Both the position numbers and the translations under genes were made by a program. Under the pieces are notes generated by a model. That model was not told the origin of the DNA. It searched no databases and worked only from the letters and a program-made list of their open reading frames with translations. Positions 25,121 to 37,345 of a DNA stretch of 64,000 nt are shown piece by piece. This stretch comes from Sphyrna mokarran (lineage: Eukaryota), in the NCBI GenBank assembly GCA_024679065.1, contig JAGIQG010000024.1, positions 32,984,001-33,048,000 on the forward strand, written 5' to 3'. How positions within the stretch are numbered: position 1 is the stretch's first letter; every line of letters begins with the position of its first letter.

Positions 25121-25629
25121 AGCCTCTACTTTTGTAGACCCACTACTGATGCAGAGAGAGGAAATGTAAAGTGCAATTTTTAAAATTACCAGCATGTAAC
25201 TACATTAGCAAACTCACTTTACACATCTGCCTTGAAGCTGGCTGCTGGCCGTTGGCCAGACAGACAAATGATCGAATCTAGTAAACTTGAATATGAAGCC
25301 ATGCATGTGAGGTCCTTATGGCAGGCCAGTTCTTCACAAGGGATTTAAAGATTTGTTTCAGAATCTGTCTGAACTATTTTCAGAGCTCTTAGTAACGGCA
25401 GCTATTTGATCAATTAAAAAAAAATCCATAAAGTCATTACTACAGAGAAGAAGACCATTCAAGTTCATACCAGCTCTCTGTAGAGTAGTTTTTCTAATAG
25501 ATCCTGATTCACCACAGATGTGGCTAGTGACTTTTTTTTTAGCTACCTGCAATAATTTCAGTAGAATATGCCTTTCACCCATACACATAAGTTTATTTTA
25601 CATTTGTATATTCACTTGATGAACATGTT

Positions 25630-25922
25630 GGGTGGCATGGCAGCACACGGGTTAGCGCTGCTACCTCATAGTGCCAGGGACCAGGGTTCAATTCCCAGCT
25701 TGGGTCACTATCTGTATAGAGGCTGTATGTTCTCCCCGTGTCTGTGTGGGTTTCCTCCAGGTTCCTTCCACAGTCCAAAAGATCTGCTGGTTAGGTGCAT
25801 TGGCCATACTAAATTCTCCCTCAGGGTACCCGAACAGGGGCTGGAATGTGGTAATAGGGGATTAACACAGTAATTCATTGCAGTGTTAATATAAGCCTAC
25901 TTTTGACACTAATAAATAATTT
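25630..25922 (+). mobile_element. V-SINE with Rex1-like tail, full length
   Basis: Head, V-core, cccgaacagggg...cagtaattcattgcagtgttaatataagcctacttttgacactaataaata. Confidence 0.85.
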
Positions 25923-26579
25923 ATTTTTTCAAAGTACAATTAAAAGTGACTTAATTAATCCACAAATGCTTCTTTCAAAGGGTACATTTTCATCATTGCA
26001 GTCTGCAGACAATAAAGTCTTTTGAAATGTTGAGACGTGTAACTTTTCCTTTGGGGATGTCGTGGTGTTACCATTCTCTCTGAATGAACCCATTTTCTAA
26101 AAGAGAAATAAAATGTTTCTGCTCACAGCAAGCAGCCTAACAAACAACAAACACCGTGGGGATGTAAGGGCAGAAAATTATTCAAATATTTCAATCTATT
26201 TACTCTCTCAAATACCCTCGAGAGGTTAACTGCATGATAGCATGATCCCAGAAAACAGCTTCTAAGAATATTTTTGTTCTCATGGAGTGGATCTGCAAAA
26301 TAGCCACAAATTGATTTGCAAATCATGAGATTCCAGAAGCAAAATGAAGCTTCTTTGAAGGATGAGTGGACTATTGATTGGATAACACTTGATCACATTC
26401 ACTAATGATCATTCTAATAAAGACGTTCCATTAATCCCTCACTTCTAGACCAGCTCCTGCTCCAGCCTTGCTGCAGTCTTGAGATCCAAATTAGAGGAGC
26501 CCCACTGGTTCAAACTATATATTTGAATGAAATCATAGATTGATAAATAATTCTATCATTTATTACAAAACTGGTGAAC

Positions 26580-26895
26580 AATCATAGATTCCCCATCGTA
26601 CAAGAGCAGGCCATTCAGCCCATCAAGTCTGTACTGACCGTATCTCACCCAAGCCCTACACCTGTAACCCCACACATTTAATCTCCTAATCTCCCTCTCA
26701 CTAAGGGCAATTTAGCATGGCCAATCAACCTAGCTGCACATTGTTGGACTGTGGGAGGAAACCGAAGCACCCAGAGAAAACCCAAGCAGACATGCAGAAA
26801 ATATCCAAACAGATAGTGACCCAAAGCCTGCATTGAATCTGGGCCCCTGGTGCTGTAGGCAGCTGTGCTAACCACTGTGCCACCCTGCCACCCTA
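26580..26895 (-). mobile_element. HE1-like V-SINE
   Basis: gggcaatttagcatggccaatcaaccta; gctaaccactgtgccacc. Confidence 0.9.
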
Positions 26896-27489
26896 AGATC
26901 AATCATGATCTTGGCTGTGCCCTTGCCACAAGCAAAATTTAGGTAACATGTGTTTAACTCCCTCTTTACTGGTATTGAGGTTCTGAGGTGATTTATTTTA
27001 GGAAGGAGGAGATTGATATTCACAAACTGCAGAGTGAAGTTTTGCTTCACAGACGCCCAATAATCTGGAAGTTAAATAATCTAGAAATTGGATAATCACT
27101 GTAAGATCCTGAGGTTCCAGCACTATTAAATAACCTCTTGTTTTTCTTCTATGCTTCTTTCTTCACTTGAAGAACAGTGTGACTTGAATAATACATGCTA
27201 ATGACAACATTCAGGAAAGAGCGAGAGCAATTGACTAAATAAAATCATGGAGCTTTACATTAGTTGATACACAAGAGTTGATCCTATGCAAGCACTTACT
27301 GAAGACAGGTTGAAATATCATTGACCTATAACCTGCGTGTTTATGATCTTCACTCTCTGTAACAAACACCATTCACTTTGAACGCTTGACTGCAGAATAA
27401 ATCCAACAACCTCAAGTAAAGGTGAAGAACTAACTTGCCTCTATTGTGCTTGTCAAGTTCTCGGAGCACTCCGAAAGCCAATCAAGAGA

Positions 27490-27657
27490 CCTTGTCTCTT
27501 AAACAATGTTTAGACAGTTACATGGGTAAAATGGCTGTAGAGGGATATGGGCCAAATCTGGGCAACTGGGACTTAGTGGTTAAAAAAGGGGTGGCCTGGA
27601 CAAGATGGGTTGAAGGGTCTGTTTCCATGTTGTAAGCCTTCACGATTCTATGACTCT
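27490..27657 (+). mobile_element. CR1 3' tail
   Basis: Same tail as 3770-3915. Confidence 0.75.
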
Positions 27658-28117
27658 GAATGCTTTTCGTGAGAATTGTGTATTCGTGAGTCATTGCTGT
27701 AATATCAGAAGAGTGGCAGATGGTGATAGTTTTTCCCAAACATAATTTCAGTTATAAAGTTAGAACATTCTTCTATTTTCTTCCCTATCCCTTTGATCTC
27801 CTCAGATTGTGGACTCTTTCTGGGCAAGCTGAGCCCGCAGGCCTTCAGTGGTACTGCATTAAACTGGCAGCTGGGAAATGCGTCTCATCTGGGGAAATTG
27901 GGGCAGGTTCTCCCTCCCTGTTTTCCTGTTACAGCAATGGCCCAATAATTAATTATCTTAACCATCAAAACTATAATGGTACAACATCTGAATTGTCTAA
28001 TGCCCTAGCTAGCAAAGCCATAATGATTTTCTTACTTTGAACCTGCAATTCTGTTCCTTCAGAATATTCAGCCAGTTATGTAAACAATCCAACAATCCCT
28101 CAGCCAGGACTCCATTG

Positions 28118-28515
28118 AAACAAAGCTTCAGAACATAACCATCCATTGACTCTGTCTACATTTCCTGCTGCCTTGGAAAAGTAGTCAGTGTAATCAAGGA
28201 CCCCCATGCACCCTGGGCATACTCTCTCCCATCTTCTTTTGTTGGGAAACAGACACTGAAATCTGAAAACACGTAACAACCAACTCAAGAATAGTTTCTC
28301 CCTACAGCCATCAGACTTTCGACTAGTCCTATCACACATTAAGCTAATCTTTCTCTTCACCCTATCGGTAGCTGAATACTATATTCTGCACCTTCTTTCC
28401 TTGTCTTCTATGTACACTATAAACAATAGGTTTTGTCTGCAACAGCTGGCAAAAATAATACTTTCCACTGTATCCCAATACATGTTACAATAATAAATCA
28501 ATTCAATTCAAATTA
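28118..28515 (+). mobile_element. Rex1/Babar LINE 3' fragment
   Basis: taatcaaggacccc..caccctgg; actcaagaatagtttc; tail tgttacaataataaatcaattc. Confidence 0.85.
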
Positions 28516-29314
28516 ATTTGTTATACCAGTTTAATTTTTTGAATGAAAAACAGAGAAAGTGTCCATTAAAATCATTTGAGTGAAATATTAGCCAGAATTG
28601 TTCACTGCTGGGGCACACACACACACAAGTGTTGGAAACGCATCCTCCAACATTCAAGCAGGCAATTTAAGCCATCAGGGGCCAATGAAAAGCAATTATA
28701 CGTGGCCCATCTACTTTCATGGTTGATGTTTGGGCTGACTGGCCAGACAGCCTTTACATTTTAGCTGCAACTTTGATCCAGGACAGGATGAAATATTTAG
28801 AAAGTATCTAGGGACTGATATTTGTGCTTGAATGTTGTACTGTCTGCAGCATTTTGCCATCTCAGCTTACATCTTTGCAGGTCTGTTGCTCCATGAGACA
28901 GCTCCACAGTGCTGTCCCTCTGAGGGAGCCAGTTAGAAGCTGAATCCAGGGTTAGTATTTCAGAATGGCACAGACTTCAGTCTGAAAGTGGTTCAATATT
29001 GGTAACATGCAAAACCACCCAGGTTTATCTGTCCCACATTACTTGTGTCCCAAGCAAAAAGTTTTAGATACGAGAGCACTTACCTTTCTAACTCTTGGTC
29101 AGTTTAGCTCAACGCCAGCTTCACATCAGAGGCTGAGAGTTCAAGCACGACTTCACAACTTCAGCACAGTGCAACTCATCATTGGGAGAGTAGAACCTTT
29201 AAGATAAGACAGATGAGAATCTTTAAGATAAGATAATAGATGTGTTACCATGATTCTATTAATGATGTAACAGTGGCATCAGCAGTCAGATGACCAAGAG
29301 GTCTCAAAAGAATG

Positions 29315-30140
29315 AACATAAGAACATAAGAATATAAGAAATAGGAGCAGCCAGCCCCTCGAGCCTGCCCCACCATTCAATAAGATCATGGCTGATCTGC
29401 ATTGGTTCAGTACCACTTTCCCGCTTTCTCCCTGTAACCCTTAATTCCCTTGTCAATCAAAAACCTATCCACTCTTGATTTAAATATATTCGGCGAGGAA
29501 GCCTCCACCACTTCAACAGGCAGAGAATTCCAAAGATTCACCACCCTTTGCATGAAGAAATTCCTCCTCAACTCTGATCTGAACTGCTCTCCCCTCCCCC
29601 CTAATCTTCAGGCTATGTTCTTTAGTCCTGCTATCTTTGTTAAGCGGAAAGAGTCTCTCAACCTCTACTCTATCCATCCCCTTCATTATCTTATACGTCT
29701 CTATAAGATCCCCTTTTAGCCTGCTAAACTCCAAAGAGTACAAACCTAGTCTATTTAGTCTCTCCTCATAATCCAATGCCCTCATCTCTGGTATCAGCCT
29801 AGTGAACTTTCTCTGCACCCCCTCCAAGGCCAATATATCCTTCCTTGAATGCGGCGCCCAAAACTGCACACCGTACCCCAGTTGCGGCCTCACCACTACC
29901 TTATGCAGCTGCAAAAGTACCTCCCTACTTTTATATTCTATCCCCCTAGCTATAAAGGCCAACATTGCATTCGCCTTCTTGATCACCTGCTGTACCTGCA
30001 GAATGTGTTTTTGCGATTCGTGCGCAAGGACCCCCAGGTCCCTCTGCACTGTCGCATGCTGCAGCTTTTCGCCATTTCAATAGTAATCCTTCCGACCATT
30101 ATTCCTACCAAAGTGGATAACCTCACATTATACTCCAGGT
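29315..30140 (-). mobile_element. CR1 LINE 3' fragment
   Basis: ORF 29513-30049 (QRDLGV..KKANAMLAFIARGIEYKSREVLLQL..); cataagaacataaga tail. Confidence 0.92.
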
Positions 30141-30159
30141 GAAGGGGAATATATTCTAC

Positions 30160-30460
30160 TCTTTATTCATTGCTGGGACATGGGCATCGCTGGCTGCCCA
30201 TCCTTCATTGCCCCTGAACTGAATGGCTTGCTAGACCATTTTAGAGGGCAGCTGAGAGTCAACCATACTGCTTTGGCTTTGGATTCAGATGTAGACCAAA
30301 ACGGGTAAGGGCGGCACATTTCCTTTTCCAAAGCACATTACTGAACCAGATAAATTTTTCCGACAATTGATACTGGTTTCATGGTCATAATTAGATTTTT
30401 TAATTACAGATACTTTTATTTGAATTCAAATTCCACCATCTGCCATGGCAGGATTCGATG
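30160..30460 (-). mobile_element. tRNA-derived SINE of a second family, sharing its tail with the second CR1-clade LINE
   Basis: Reverse complement of the 63094-63430 family (gaattcaaattccaccatctgccatgg). Confidence 0.7.
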
Positions 30461-30982
30461 TTCCTGTATGTCGTGAGCATATCTTTACACACATACTGTA
30501 TTATTTATCCTTTCAAGCATAAGGGGAGAAGTGGTGGAAGGATTTCTGAGCTGATTTCAAGCCATTGGACTGTGTTGAAAGCTCCTTCTGTGACCAAAAA
30601 GTCCTGGCATTGGGCTCAAACCCAGAGCCTCTGGTCCAGTGATAGGGGTGCTTTCACTGCTTTACAACGCCCCCTAATGTCCCTGAATACTATGTTGTCA
30701 TTCTGAAATGTCTGTCAAATGCTTCTTAGTGAATAGTTTGAAGCAAAACTACACCCAATATTTTAAGTTGGTTACAGGCGAAGCAAAGCATCATCGAGAT
30801 GTGGCAAAACAGGGTAACAGTAGAACTTTATTAAAACACTAAAATCCCAAGTGTTCAAGTAACTTTCCTCAGTGGCTCCATCACTATATTTGCCTAAAGA
30901 CTAGTGTTCTTCCAAGTAAGTATAAATGATGGTGAAATTGTGTCAGAATACCTTCATTGGAAGATACAGAAAGAGGCATAGT

Positions 30983-31290
30983 GGGGCGGCACATTGGCAT
31001 AGTGCTGCCTCACCCTGCCAGGGAGCCAAATTCGATTCTAGCATTGGGTCATCGTCTGTGTGAAATTTGCACATTCTCCCTGTATCTGTGTGGGTTTCCT
31101 CCAGGTGTTCACGGTTTTCTCTCACACTCCAAAGATACGTCCGTTAGGTCGATTGGCCATGCTAAATTGCCTCAAAATGTTGGGGAATAAGCAGAATAAA
31201 CGTGGTGCTATAGGGATAGGGCTGGTGGGATTGTTGTCAGTGCAGGCTCGATCAGCCGAATGGCCTCTTCTGCACTCTATGATTGTATGA
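30983..31290 (+). mobile_element. HE1-like V-SINE
   Basis: Head, V-core, tail gccgaatggcctcttctgcact. Confidence 0.9.
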
Positions 31291-31525
31291 GATAGGCCAT
31301 TGAGGCCCATGAAAATGTTCCACCATTCAGCTTGATAATAGTTCATCTGTACCTCTGACTGCACGTCACTTGATACCCATAACCTACAAAAAATCTTTTA
31401 ATCTCAGGCTTAAAAAGTTTAATTGTTCCAGCATCCACAGGCCTGTGGGGGAGAGAATTCTGTCATTTCATGGTCATTGAAAAAAATTCCCGACTTGATT
31501 CCTGACTGATCTTGCTCTAGTTTTA
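31290..31525 (-). mobile_element. Old CR1 3' fragment
   Basis: ggccattgaggccc...ccagcatccacaggcctgtgggggagagaattc. Confidence 0.6.
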
Positions 31526-31589
31526 TGGCAACAAACCTGAAACAATTTTACCTCGACTTGCTGATTGATTGCCAAATCTGCCCCAGACC

Positions 31590-31944
31590 CAATCAGCTCA
31601 TTTGTAATTTAAAAATGTGTTGCGTCAGTCAATCTGATGGGACTCGGAACTGCTGCTGGGAGTGCGTTCCTGATCCAGAATTGAAAGTTCTAGTCAAGCA
31701 ATCTGGAACAAAACGGCACATTCGTAGAATTAGAGCAAGGCCAGTGAGGAATGAAATTGGGAAGCAATCCTTCTTGCGCAGGATCAAGAAATTCTGGAAT
31801 TAGAATATAGAATATCGAGCCTTGAACAGTACAGCGCTTGAACAGGCCCTTCGGCCCACAACATTATGCCTAACATTGCCAAATTAAACTAATCCCTTCC
31901 ACCTATCCTTGGTCCATTTCCTTTTAATTAATTTTCTATTCATG
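31590..31944 (+). repeat. Left copy of inverted duplication
   Basis: Reverse complement of 34232-34573; track ORFs 31525-31803 (+) and 34368-34676 (-) give near-identical peptides. Confidence 0.95.
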
Positions 31945-32385
31945 TACTTGTCTAAAAGCCCCTTAAATGTGTCTGTTGTATCTGCCTCCACCACCACCTC
32001 TGGCAGAGTATTCCAGACACCGATTATTCTCTGTGTAGAAGAAAACTTGTCCATCACATTTCATTTCAACTTTCCTCCTCTCACCTTAAGTGCATGTCCC
32101 CTAGTCTTAGACATTTCAACTCTGGGGAAAAAAGATTCTGTCAACCCTATCAATGCCTCTCATAATTTTGCAGACTTAGAACATAAGAAATTAAGAACTA
32201 GAAGCAGGAATAGGTCATTTGGCCCCACAAGCCTGTCCTGCCATTCAAAAATTCACGGCTGATCTTTTTGTGGACTCAGCTCCACTTACCAGCCCACTCA
32301 CCGTAGCCCTTATTTCCTTTACTGTTCAAAAATCTATCAAGTCTCTCTTCAACTTCCGCCACTCCAGAGAAAACAGTTTGTTCAC
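31801..32385 (-). mobile_element. Two nested CR1 3' fragments inserted into an older + strand CR1 (31700-31800 and 32385-32555)
   Basis: Tails aacaggcccttcggccc (31842) and gaacataagaaattaag (32178); the older CR1 resumes at tctctcctccatagacctgtg. Confidence 0.75.
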
Positions 32386-33107
32386 ATTCTCTCCTCCATA
32401 GACCTGTGAATGCTGGAACAATTGAATTTTTCAAGACTGGTATCGATTTGGGAGGTTAAGGGTGATGTGCAGTCAGGGAATTCTGGCACAAATTAACCAT
32501 GATCACGTTGAATAATGCAACAGACTAAAGGCCCTCAATGGCCCACCTCTGTTCCAATCTTCCAATGTAATGTATTCTGCAACAACTTCACCATCATTTT
32601 TAAGCTTATACTTGTTTGGGAAACTCTTACATTTGGGCAACTGCAGTGATGGAGCCACTGAGAAAAGTGATGTTACCACTCGGGACTTCATTTCACAATA
32701 TTTACATGTTTTTCGTACATGCTATCCTAATCTGCCAACCAGGCTGTGGAGACATCTGTGGACTCAGAGTCAGTTCGTGCAAATGACAGACTGCAAGGTT
32801 TCAGTCACAAAGCCTCCTGAGCTTTCATTTTTGATTATTCTGCGACATAGCCCCACAGCTGATATAAAAATCATTTCAGGATTCAAGTTTGGAAAGGAAA
32901 TTTCTCTTGAAGCTGGAGATTATTTTAAAAGCCTGGGGAAAAGCAACAACAGAAAGCTTTAAAAAAAATTGGTCGAAGAGTATAATTAGATATTTGCAAT
33001 TGTCCACTGATTAATTCATTATGCAGACAGAGATTAGCTACTGAATATCAAAATTCCTTGAGGATTCAACTCTTTGGTATTTTCTATTTTGCTCCCATTG
33101 CCAATGT

Positions 33108-33415
33108 TCATAGAATCTCCAAAATGCAGCAGGCCATTCAGCCCATCAAGTCTGTATACACTACAAACCCAGCCAAGCCTTATCGCCTCAATCCCTATTT
33201 ACCCTCACTAGTCCTCCAAGGGACAAGTTAGCATGGCCAACCAACCTAGCCTGCACATCTTTGGACTGTGGGATGAAACTGGAGCACCGGGAGGAAACCC
33301 ACGCAGACACGAGGAGAACATGCAAACTGCACATGGACAGTGACCCAAGGCTGGAATTGAACGTAGGTTCCTGGTGCTGTGAGGCAGTACTGCTGACCAT
33401 TGTGCCACTATGTCT
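33108..33415 (-). mobile_element. HE1-like V-SINE
   Basis: ggaggaaacccacgcagacacgaggagaacatgcaaact; head reversed. Confidence 0.9.
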
Positions 33416-34019
33416 TCCTAATTAAAGTAACACTATTTATGTAGGAGACAGGAGGATTACTGGAATGTGTCAACAGTTTTGAGAACTCCCATACATGGAA
33501 GAATTTGAAACAAATGTAGCCTGGAGTCAATCCAAGACAATAATGTAACTAGCCATCCAATTAAGAAGCAATTAAGCTTGCTTCTGAAGTGTGGCAGTTA
33601 AGTTTCAAGGGCAGCTGGGAGGGCTTAGACTTTAACACATGAAACAATCCAGCATGTCAGTTTCAAACGCAGATATCTTTTTAAAAAAAGACAAAATAAT
33701 TTTAAAAAGTGGGCAGGATGAGTGGGGGGATGATTTACTTTTAAGAAGGAAAACGTATTCAAAACTACGCTCAAGTAATGTAGAGGAAAACAATTCTGCA
33801 CAGTGTTGGAAGAAGAATGGCCAAGCCTGAAGTTTGGATGCTGACTTGTCAGCAAAGTAATTGAATAAGCATTTTGTGATTTTTTTTCTCTCTTCCCTCC
33901 AGTTGTTCCTTTTCATTGGCTTGCTCAGGATGAATCAGCTCAGTAATATCAGATTTCAAAAAGGGCAGAAATTGCTGTGAGCTTCGAGTGCCAAGTTGGA
34001 ACTGAAAAGAGAGAAATAT

Positions 34020-34231
34020 CTCGCATTTACATGCTTTCATGTCCGCAACATGCATCAAATGCTTCACACACAATGAATTCCCTAATGCATTGTCATTTGA
34101 GTCATAGGCAAATCTGAGAGTTGAATTATTTTCAGCAAGTTTCCATGCAGTATATTATCTGACCTACTCAGGGATTGTTGGTTAAGGGAGAAATGGTAGC
34201 TGGATCATTGGGAGAACATCCTTAATCCATC
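34020..34231 (-). mobile_element. Deu-domain SINE fragment, truncated at the duplication breakpoint
   Basis: gttggttaagggagaaat...gggagaac resembles the reverse of the Deu core at 12232. Confidence 0.45.
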
Positions 34232-34573
34232 CATGAAAAGAAAATGAATTAAAGGAAAATGGACTAAGGACAGGTGGAAGGGATTAGTTTAATTTGGCGA
34301 CATTAGGCACAACATTGTGGGCCGAAAGGCCTGTTCCTGCGCTGTTCAAGGGTCTATATTCTATGTTCTAATTCCAGAATTTCTTGATCCTGCGCAAGAA
34401 GGATTGCTTCCCAATTTCATTCCTCACTGACCTTGCTCTAATGTGCCGTTTTGTTCCAGATTGCTTGACCAGAACTTTCAATTCTGGATCAGGAACGCAA
34501 TCCCAGCAGCAGTTCCGAGTCCCATCAGATTCACTAATGCAACACATTTTTAAAATTACAAATGAGCTGATTG
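34232..34573 (-). repeat. Right copy of inverted duplication
   Basis: Direct comparison with 31590-31944, about 90% identical by eye. Confidence 0.95.
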
Positions 34574-35950
34574 CCAAATCTGCCCCAGACCCAATCAGCC
34601 TCACACGGCCTGGAGATGGGACATAGAGGGCTCTTTGTAAAGTTGATGGCAGTCGTGGCTTGTCATGGCCAGCCACTTGCTATGGAAATGTCTGCGCAGG
34701 AAGCCGATTTGGATCAGGCTGGCATTTGATGGGAAAATGAGTAATGGGTGGCTGCAAGATTAATAGATGGAGCTCCTGCATTGAGACTGTGGCTCAGACG
34801 AGAGCCACAAATGCTTCAAGGGCTCCATCAGATCTGGGAAAATGAGTGACAAGTAACTCGGTGACAAATCCCTAACTGTATACAGACCACATACCTCGAT
34901 AACATTGTAGAACAAGTGCCTGATTGCATCACGGATGTGTCAGCCATGCTCACATTTCAAGCAAAAATGAGGAGGAGACAGTACTTAAGAACATGATAGT
35001 TTATATCAATGTCATAATGTGAGAGTTGAGAGAGAGCAGCTATTCATTCTCTTCCTATCCTGTGGGAGAACAGAGCACGCAATACCCTGAGATATTGACC
35101 AAAGGCAAAGTGTCAGACTTGCCAGCCCAAGGCCACGGTCAATATACAGCTGAACACTGTTGTTGTATCACTGGAACAGGTCATCAGCGATGGTGAGTTT
35201 GGAAGCTGAGACCAGAAGGCTAATTTGATAGCCCTCACCTCATCTGGAGGAGGAAAGACCCCTTTCCAAACTGCTCTTCACCTCATTGTCCATTGTCACT
35301 TTTTGAGCATTGGTTGTGCTGATGCTGCCAATGAGCATTTTGAGTTCTCATTGACATTTTCTTTCCTTACCTCTCCTCTAGGCCCTTCAGCCAGCCACAC
35401 ACGGTTTGGAATAGTGCAGGCATCACTGACCTACTTGACAGGAGTGTCTCCACAGAGACTGCACAGCCCCATTCCTCAACACTCTCCCGACAGCATTGAC
35501 ACTCTCACTTCAGTGGAGTGAAAACCTAGCTTAGATTTTCTCATGGACCGCTGGGTGAGAGACACATCTTGCAGTGAGCAAGGGAAGGAACATGAGGCAC
35601 AGTCAGCCGCAGACAGTTCCCTCCCAAGGATGAAGGACAGTCACAGCTAGTAGAATGAAGCCCTTGAGTGTCACAGACAAAACAGATCCTTCTGGAGGGT
35701 CAGGAGCAAATGAGATCTCTATTTCTGGAGATCGCTGAAGCATTGTGGAGCTCAGAGCAGTCAATGGAGGAGTCCATGTAGTGCATATATGAGTAGCCAC
35801 CCTCATGGAATGCCATATGCAGCATCACTCTGAGTTGGTGCAGAAAACAACTAGCTAACGTGCACAGACAGAATGAGACTTTCTGTATCGTGAAGTACTC
35901 AGTGCTGCTGATCGAGCCGAGCTGCTTGGAATGGAGAGAAAGAAGCACCG
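34467..35950 (+). mobile_element. Probable decayed PIF/Harbinger element (Myb/SANT-like gene relic)
   Basis: Terminus-like gaccagaactttc; ENRARN (35066) and QVISDGEFG (35177) peptides resemble Harbinger Myb-protein exon 2; strong acceptor ttttctttccttacctctcctctag near 35381. Confidence 0.4.
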
Positions 35951-36096
35951 GAGAGAGGCAATTTTAGCAAGCTGTCCCCAGTGTACCCACTAATTCCATC
36001 TTTACTTCTCATTCTATGCTCTTAAAGTTTAAGTCTAACTCTTTTAACCTTCATAATAATGTTTTATTTAATATCTTATAAATCTGGCAATCTTTC

Positions 36097-36320
36097 GGCT
36101 TCCCTGCTGCCCTCAGACTTTTGAATAGTCTGATCATATATTAAGCTGATCTTTCTCTCCAGCCAATCTGTAACTGCAACACTATATTCTGAACCCTCTC
36201 CTTTCCTTCCCTCCTACTTTCTCTGTGAATGGTATGGTTTATCTGTATAACACTCAAGAAACAATACTTTTCACTGTATCCCAATACATGTGACAATAAT
36301 AAACCAGGTCAAATCAAAAG
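36097..36320 (+). mobile_element. Rex1/Babar 3' tail
   Basis: ttccctgctgccctcagacttttgaat; tgtatcccaatacatgtgacaataataaa. Confidence 0.85.
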
Positions 36321-36507
36321 TTTCACTCAAGTTGCTGGCCCCATCCACTGTTGAAAGGTGCAATGAAAAGGCTAAGGCAGTCACCAGTTCCCTCTTTCTC
36401 TTTGCCTTCTTCCTGCCTATCCCCATCTGAGAAAAACTGGTGTATCAGTCTTTATTCCTCAGCCAGCTCCAGGCATTCCTGCATTGTCTGGTTTTAAGGT
36501 GTGCAGG

Positions 36508-36810
36508 AGGCAGTATGGTGGCATAGTGGTTAGCACTGCTGCCTCACAGCAGCAGGGACCTGGGTTCACTTCCTGGCTTGGGCCACTGTCTTTGCAGAGT
36601 TTGCACATTCTCCCCATGTCTGGATTTCCTCTGGGTGCTCTGACTTCCTCCCAAAGCCCAAAGCTACATGGGCTGGTGGATTGGCCACTAAGTTGCCCCT
36701 CAGTGTTAGGGGCTTACAGGAATGGGCCCATATGGGATTGTGGTTGGTGCAGTCTCAATGGGCTGAATGGACTCCTTTTATACTGTTGGGATTCTATCCT
36801 ATGATTCTGG
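36508..36810 (+). mobile_element. HE1-like V-SINE
   Basis: gtggttagcactgctgcctcacagc head; CR1-type tail. Confidence 0.85.
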
Positions 36811-37059
36811 ATGACCAGAATTGTACAGAGCATGAGAAAGTGCTACAGCCTATGGAGGGAGGGTGAGGAAGGTAACAACATAAATAAGGCATAATTGTAG
36901 AAAAAGCTCCTTAGTTGTGATCTTATAGAATTGGAAAGAACCAGGGAAAAATCAGAAGAAGCCTTGCTATCATTGGGAATGAAGGCATGTCTGGAAGGAG
37001 ACAAAGAACCAGAAACAATTAGAATTTTTACAACTATCCAGGGAAATGCCTGTAGATCC

Positions 37060-37230
37060 TGTTTCTCAGAACACCTTCTAATAACTTAACCAAGACAGAC
37101 GTTAAGTTCACCGGCCTGTAGTTCCCAGGCATCTCCCTTTTGAAAACAAAGACGCAACATTTGCCACCTCCAATCTTCAGGCATCTCATCTATGGCTGTC
37201 AATGATTCAAATATCTCAGCTAGGGGACCG
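37060..37230 (-). mobile_element. CR1 RT fragment
   Basis: Minus strand reads GNYRPVNLTSV. Confidence 0.7.
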
Positions 37231-37345
37231 AGGTGTTGCTGTGTTCAAGCTCTGGATGAGGTGTTTGTAGGATCTGCTTGTTGCCCTAAGAATGCTACCA
37301 TAGACTTTTATGTAGAAGAAACATTCATGTTTATTTACAGATCCA

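Noticed and set aside
27455-27480. tcggagcactccgaaagc as a hammerhead remnant
   Set aside because: It resembles a PLE stem II plus GAAA but lacks the CUGANGA box and flanking family sequence.
31525-34676. Near-identical ORFs 31525-31803 and 34368-34676 as a duplicated gene
   Set aside because: They are translations of the inverted duplication of repeat debris.
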